A program made the position numbers and the translations under genes. From Candidatus Latescibacterota bacterium (GTDB taxonomy: Bacteria > Latescibacterota > UBA2968 > GCA-2709665), in the NCBI GenBank assembly GCA_965219455.1, contig OZ244744.1, positions 384,001 to 448,000 of the forward strand: 64,000 bases of DNA, read 5' to 3'. The notes under the pieces are model-generated. The model was not told the origin of the DNA, ran no database searches, and saw nothing but the letters and a program-made list of their open reading frames with translations. Below, piece by piece: positions 60,631 through 64,000 of the stretch; within the stretch, counting starts at the first letter, position 1; the number at the start of each line of letters is the position of its first letter.

Positions 60631-61107
60631 TCAACCGATCGTGGAAAGACAGCGTTTTACAGCGTCGAAGTCGGGCAGTTCGGTCGCGTCTTCCGAAACT
60701 TCCGCGTACCGGATGATCCCTTGTTTGTCTACAACGAACGCCGCCCGTTTCGCGACACCCTTGAAACCCAAAAGATCCTGATATTGAGCTCCGTAGGCGG
60801 CGCTCACGTCTTTGTTGAAATCGCTCAGCAGTTGAAAGGATATACTGTTCTGGTCCGCCCAGGCCTCCTGGGCGAACGGACTGTCCACACTAATGCCCAG
60901 CACCTGTGCATTCAGGTCATCATATTCCGAAAGACCTCCGCTCACCGAACACATTTCGTCGGTACAGACCGAGGTATACACCAATGGAAAAAACAGCAAC
61001 ACGACGTTCTTATTTCCCTTAAAACCGCTCAACATAACATCCTCCAGGTCGCCGCGTTTGCTCTTTAACGTGAAGTCTGGCGCCTGATCGCCTACATTGA
61101 GCCCCAT
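60631..61107 (-). CDS. Peroxiredoxin (AhpE/BCP-like)
   Basis: FFP..YT.VCT.EMC, GISVDSP, LLSDFN and R.AFVVD motifs. Confidence 0.9.
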   Translation of the reverse strand: MGLNVGDQAPDFTLKSKRGDLEDVMLSGFKGNKNVVLLFFPLVYTSVCTDEMCSVSGGLSEYDDLNAQVLGISVDSPFAQEAWADQNSISFQLLSDFNKDVSAAYGAQYQDLLGFKGVAKRAAFVVDKQGIIRYAEVSEDATELPDFDAVKRCLSTIG

Positions 61108-61215
61108 CGGTTGATCCTTTCGTGAAATTTCAATAAAGCGGCCGTATATTCAAACAACAAACGAAAATCGTCTACAATGCTCCGGCGCGCGGTTTCGGCT
61201 GACCGGGCGCCCGGT

Positions 61216-61830
61216 CTAGGAGGTCGCTGCCGCGAACCGGGCCGCCACCGCGTCCCAGTCAATCACGTTTCCCCAGGCCTCAATATAATCGGGGCGCAGG
61301 TTCTGATAATTCAGATAGTACGCGTGCTCCCAGACGTCCAGCCCGAGAATCGGCGTGCCGTCGCCCGTCATTAGCGGGCTGTCCTGATTCGCGGTACTGA
61401 GAATCTCCAGTTTTCCGTCGTTCACGACCACCCACGCCCATCCGCTGCCGAAACGGGTGGTTGCCGCCTGGGCGAACTGGTCTTTTGCCGCATCGAGGCT
61501 GCCAAATGCGTCTTCGATAGCGTCGGCCAGATCTCCGGAAGGTTCTCCACCGCCACCGGGCGACATCACCGTCCAGAACAGACTGTGATTGGCATGCCCG
61601 CCGCCATTGTTCCGAACCGCGGTGCGAATTGCCTCCGGAACACCATCGAGATTACTGATGAGATCTTCAACACTCTGGGCGGCCAGATCGGCGTGCCCTT
61701 CGAGTGCGTTGTTCAGATTCGTAATATAGGCGTTATGGTGCTTGCTATGGTGAATCTCCATTGTTCGGGCGTCGATATGGGGCTCCAGAGCATCATAACT
61801 GTACGGCAGATCCGGAAGTGAATATGCCAT
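61216..61830 (-). CDS. sodA: Superoxide dismutase [Mn]
   Basis: [14 protein letters not shown] (Mn-type), FGSGW, NQD and DVWEHAYY motifs; AAGGAG RBS. Confidence 0.95.
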   Translation of the reverse strand: MAYSLPDLPYSYDALEPHIDARTMEIHHSKHHNAYITNLNNALEGHADLAAQSVEDLISNLDGVPEAIRTAVRNNGGGHANHSLFWTVMSPGGGGEPSGDLADAIEDAFGSLDAAKDQFAQAATTRFGSGWAWVVVNDGKLEILSTANQDSPLMTGDGTPILGLDVWEHAYYLNYQNLRPDYIEAWGNVIDWDAVAARFAAATS

Positions 61831-61900
61831 TGAGTACACTCCTTGTTGAATGAGGATGGGCGACAGATCCAGATATTACAATCGATTATGAAGGAAACAA

Positions 61901-61929
61901 AATATAACGAACTCCAGGCTCAACGTCAA
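61901..61929 (-). promoter_or_regulatory. Putative sigma70 promoter for sodA
   Basis: TTGACG-17 nt-TATATT on the minus strand. Confidence 0.6.
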
Positions 61930-61968
61930 GTGATTTCCACCCCGCCTTATTTATAAAAAAACTTATAC

Positions 61969-62850
61969 TTATGGTATTTCGTGCAGCGTTGGTCCTTCGG
62001 TTTCCACGACGATATTGTCGATGAGCCGGGATTGGTCAAACTGCACGGCCACCGCCAGAAGCACCCGGCCTTCAAGCCTGTCAACGGGCTGAAAATTCTC
62101 GGTATCGACCGCCGCGACGTAATCGACCTCCGCGCCCGATCTCTGTCGCACGCGGCGGTTCATGGCGGCAACCACCACGGATGCGCGCTTTTCGCCCGCC
62201 AGCACCAGATCTCTTCCTTCCTGCAGGGCCCTGTAAAGCACAGTGGCGCACTGGCGAAAACAGGGTGTCAGGTAAACGTTTCGAGAGCTCTTGGCCAACC
62301 CGTCAGCATCTCTCACCGTCGGCGCGATCAGGATGTCTACGTCAAGATTCAGATCTCTCACCAGCCGGCGGACAACACCCGCCTGCTGGGCGTCTTTCTG
62401 TCCGAATATGGCCAGGTGCGGCTTGACGGCGGTAAAGAGCTTTAACACGACCGTGGCGACACCCCTGAAATGACCGGGGCGGGATGCTCCGCACAGGTGG
62501 TCCGCCAGCTTCTCCACCTCCATGTACGACGCATGGCCGTCAGGGTACATCTCCTCTGTCGAAGGTGCGTAAATCAAATCGCCGCCCTCTGCCCGGATGA
62601 ATTCGCTGTCTCGTGCGAAATCGCGCGGATACGTCGTGAAATCTTCATCAGGGCCGAACTGGATGGGATTGACGAAGGTACTCACGACCGTCCGGTCGGA
62701 CGACCGCCGCACCTGGCGTATCAGACTCGAATGGCCCTCGTGCAGATAACCCATGGTAGGAACCAGTCCGATCCGAATTCCATCCCTCCGCATCTCGTCT
62801 GCAATGCGGTGCATTTCTCTCACCGTCCGTATGACCCGGACCTTTCCCAT
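61969..62850 (-). CDS. panC: Pantoate--beta-alanine ligase
   Basis: VPTMGYLHEGH, FVNP.QF, RPGHF.GV, FGQKD.QQ, SSRN and RLIDN motifs. Confidence 0.96.
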   Translation of the reverse strand: MGKVRVIRTVREMHRIADEMRRDGIRIGLVPTMGYLHEGHSSLIRQVRRSSDRTVVSTFVNPIQFGPDEDFTTYPRDFARDSEFIRAEGGDLIYAPSTEEMYPDGHASYMEVEKLADHLCGASRPGHFRGVATVVLKLFTAVKPHLAIFGQKDAQQAGVVRRLVRDLNLDVDILIAPTVRDADGLAKSSRNVYLTPCFRQCATVLYRALQEGRDLVLAGEKRASVVVAAMNRRVRQRSGAEVDYVAAVDTENFQPVDRLEGRVLLAVAVQFDQSRLIDNIVVETEGPTLHEIP

Positions 62851-62938
62851 CGTCTGGGGGCTGCCTTTCTCCACACAACAACGCAGGGCAAGAGATCCCC
62901 GCCCCGCGTTCTTGTCGCTGTACGACCGGACGTTGTGT

Positions 62939-63823
62939 TTAATCCTCCGCCAGTGCCTTGAACTTCCGTAACTCTTCGTTCCTGATTCGATAACGATGTT
63001 CCTCGGCAGGATACCGCTTCGCCTTCACATCGTTTACGTACGCCGAAAAGGCTTTGCACATGGTACTTCCCAATTCCGCGTACCTTTTGGAATACCGAAA
63101 TGAAAAGTCGTTGAGGCCCAACAGATCCGGCGCCACGAGCACCTGCCCGTCGCACCGGCGGCCCGACCCGATGCCGATCGTGGGAATGCTCAGTGCGCGC
63201 GAAACAACGCCGGCCACCTGCTCGGGAACACATTCCAACACCACGGCGACCGCCCCGGCGACCTCCAGCGCGAGCGCGCCCGCAAGGACCAGCGCGGCCT
63301 CATCCGCCCGGTCTCCGTAGACATGCCGGTTTCCCTTCCAGGTCTGCGGCATATGGCCCACATGGCCAACCACCGGAATGCCCTCGGCCGTAATCGCCGC
63401 GATTCTCCCGGCCACATCCTCGGCGCCCTCGAGCTTTACCATATCGGCCCCCGCGTCCGCCAGCAACCGGGCGTTGTTGACCGCCTGGGAATCTGTCTCA
63501 TAGGACCTGTAAGGCAAATCCGCCAACAGGATTGCCTTCTGGACACCCCGCCTGACCGCGCGGGTATGGTGAAGCATATCCGCCATGGTAACCTGTTGGG
63601 GACTCTCGTATCCCAATATATTGATCCCCACCGAATCGCCGACCAGGATGACATCCAAGTTCGATGCATCCTGCAGGATGGCGGTCGGAAAATCGTAGCA
63701 CGTCAGCATGGAGATCGGTTCGCCTCGCCTTTTCATCTCCACCAGAAAATTGGGAGTGGCACGCAATTGCTCGTCGGACACGCCTTGAACTCCCTTATCG
63801 GTATATCCGTATTCCATATCCAT
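62939..63823 (-). CDS. panB: 3-methyl-2-oxobutanoate hydroxymethyltransferase
   Basis: MLTCYD, LVGDS, VKLEG, GHVG..PQ, LECVP and IPTIGIG.G..CDGQVLV motifs. Confidence 0.96.
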   Translation of the reverse strand: MDMEYGYTDKGVQGVSDEQLRATPNFLVEMKRRGEPISMLTCYDFPTAILQDASNLDVILVGDSVGINILGYESPQQVTMADMLHHTRAVRRGVQKAILLADLPYRSYETDSQAVNNARLLADAGADMVKLEGAEDVAGRIAAITAEGIPVVGHVGHMPQTWKGNRHVYGDRADEAALVLAGALALEVAGAVAVVLECVPEQVAGVVSRALSIPTIGIGSGRRCDGQVLVAPDLLGLNDFSFRYSKRYAELGSTMCKAFSAYVNDVKAKRYPAEEHRYRIRNEELRKFKALAED

Positions 63824-63832
63824 ATTCCGTCA

Positions 63833-64000
63833 TCAGGCCTTAATTTGAAACGGACAATAGTAGCGAGTGCCCGCAGGTGGCGCTTTCACCTGCTGCAGCA
63901 ATACCTCCAGGCCCTCCGGATTCCGCACGAAGTCGACCTGTGACACGTTGATGATGAGCAAAGGCGATTCGGTATAGTGAAAGAAAAAATGGGTGTACGC
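63833..64000 (-). CDS. Deoxynucleoside kinase family protein, C-terminal part
   Basis: Reads AYTHFFFHYTESPLLIINVSQVDFV...KA*, a typical dNK C-terminus, in the usual position upstream of panB. Confidence 0.75.
   Translation of the reverse strand, partial: AYTHFFFHYTESPLLIINVSQVDFVRNPEGLEVLLQQVKAPPAGTRYYCPFQIKA

Noticed and set aside
61201-61216. Perfect 16-bp palindrome GACCGGGCGCCCGGTC at the sodA stop
   Set aside because: No U-tract and no second copy; function unsupported.
1-64000. Genome-wide TGA reassignment (code 4/25) as the explanation for the in-frame TGAs
   Set aside because: Many conserved genes end at TGA at the expected C-terminus (e.g. fhs 12723, tdm 16475, lipA 53807), and long genes contain no internal TGA, so any recoding is site-specific.

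Overview
GC-rich, gene-dense bacterial chromosomal window, mostly on the minus strand. No rRNA, tRNA, CRISPR array or transposase was recognised. The GWxTD protein, ankyrin/NHL lipoproteins and many PhyH/CocE/hydantoinase genes suggest an FCB-group (Latescibacterota-like), possibly host-associated organism; this is inference only. Contents in order: a partial heparinase II/III-like gene; a hydantoinase/oxoprolinase B-A pair; a frameshifted membrane-protein remnant; a PHP/DUF3604-like hydrolase; a methylated-amine cluster (mgsC-like, small hypothetical, non-canonical acyl-CoA-dehydrogenase-fold protein, tdm, flavin reductase, amt, fhs, small membrane protein, gmaS, Nramp-like); amide/ester hydrolase genes; dusA; a plant-HPR1-like hydroxypyruvate reductase; a fused indolepyruvate:ferredoxin oxidoreductase; an Fe-S/oxidative-stress run (sodA, prx, iscA, rny, lone nuoI, degenerate iscU, queG, miaB, lipA, Rieske); and panC, panB and a partial nucleoside kinase. 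Main discovery: two genes truncated by the ORF track extend through in-frame TGA codons to an RBS and signal peptide. They are 23381-24355 (one TGA) and 33940-34602 (TGA-GTA-GGC-TGA, a UxxU motif). In both, the TGA is followed by a similar G-loop hairpin (SECIS-like), the product is a predicted outer-membrane beta-barrel, and the neighbour is a TlpA-type CxxC redoxin. Together they form a candidate selenoprotein barrel plus periplasmic redoxin system. Second lead: the ACAD-fold/flavin-reductase pair in the tdm-gmaS operon may be an unrecognised methylamine monooxygenase.
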